DNA of 38,773 nucleotides from a virus (Duplodnaviria; Heunggongvirae; Uroviricota; Caudoviricetes): IMG/VR virus record IMGVR_UViG_2671180896_000005, positions 1 to 38,773 of that record; one strand, 5' to 3'. Shown piece by piece: positions 38,426 to 38,773 of this stretch (position 1 is its first letter; each line of letters starts with the position of its first letter). The notes under the pieces were generated by a model. It saw only the letters and a program-made list of their open reading frames with translations, ran no database searches and was not told where the DNA came from. The position numbers and the translations under genes were made by a program.

Positions 38426-38773
38426 TTAAACCCCTATAGCGATATAACGACCTAATACAGCATTTGCAGCAGTCGCTATGCTTGAAAAACCGCGGAACTG
38501 ATTTGATGTAATTGCAGAAGCCGACAGGATTCCTGCGCCTGAAGGTGTATGCCCCACATGACTAACTATCATCCCATAACATGCTGACGGAAAGGCAAAA
38601 GGAAAATCATTAAGATATCCTGCATCTTCACCACCAGACCCACCAAATCTCGCCTGCCCCCACTGAATAATCAGTGTTCTCCGGGAACCTGAAATAATTA
38701 ACGGAATCGTTACATACCCATTCAGGCCAATGACACCCGATGCAGTGCCAGCCAGAGATAATTCTCCCAAACC
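38426..38773 (-). CDS. alternative tail-fibre C-terminal segment (partial; 5' end beyond window)
   Basis: Open to the window edge on the minus strand; begins in the crossover repeat (GLGE...); stop 1 nt before the Tfa' start. Confidence 0.75.
   Translation of the reverse strand, partial: GLGELSLAGTASGVIGLNGYVTIPLIISGSRRTLIIQWGQARFGGSGGEDAGYLNDFPFAFPSACYGMIVSHVGHTPSGAGILSASAITSNQFRGFSSIATAANAVLGRYIAIGV
38762..38773. repeat. right crossover half-site (truncated by window end)
   Basis: TTCTCCCAAACC is the exact reverse complement of 37059-37070 (GGTTTGGGAGAA); the window ends at the expected central dinucleotide. Confidence 0.65.

Larger units (their letters stand above)
1445..38773. mobile_element. 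prophage integrated at thrW (left end only; element continues beyond the window)
   Basis: Integrase abutting the tRNA 3' end, followed by a continuous phage gene set (recombination, immunity, replication, nin, lysis, packaging, head, tail). No attR or right junction is visible. Confidence 0.9.

Noticed and set aside
38478-38503. Second crossover-like sequence (GCTTGAAAAACC-GC-GGAACTGATTTG) inside the alternative fibre segment
   Set aside because: Only the left half resembles the crossover consensus; the right half and central dinucleotide do not match and it lies mid-coding. Likely chance or a relic; would revisit if an invertase with multiple sites is found downstream.

Overview
38.8-kb window from an enterobacterial (E. 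coli-like) chromosome. It holds a complete proA (1-1254) and tRNA-Thr thrW (1369-1444), followed by a prophage integrated at the tRNA 3' end that runs to the window edge and is not complete here. The prophage is mosaic: lambda-like recombination and immunity genes (int, xis-like, exo-bet-gam, cI-like S24 repressor, cro-like), lambda-like replication (O-like gene with internal iteron origin, P, a disrupted ren), a DLP12-like nin region (ybcN/ninB-like, ninE, ybcO, rusA, ylcG, Q-position gene), a lysis cassette (holin, lambda-R-like endolysin, Rz/Rz1), HNH plus small and large terminase, an HK97-type head module, and a Mu/e14-type contractile tail ending in an invertible tail-fibre segment. Four accessory loads interrupt this backbone: (1) an AT-rich, translationally coupled Ser/Thr kinase plus PP2C phosphatase pair directly downstream of cI, in the position lambda uses for rexAB, which I rank as the best candidate for an undescribed defence system; (2) an outer-membrane beta-barrel gene inserted into ren; (3) emrE plus a secreted esterase; (4) an AT-rich membrane-anchored ORF with its own promoter and terminator between the tape-measure and baseplate genes. 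Protein identifications are from motif recognition and memory of well-known sequences; no database search or computed statistic was available, and GC contrasts are by eye.
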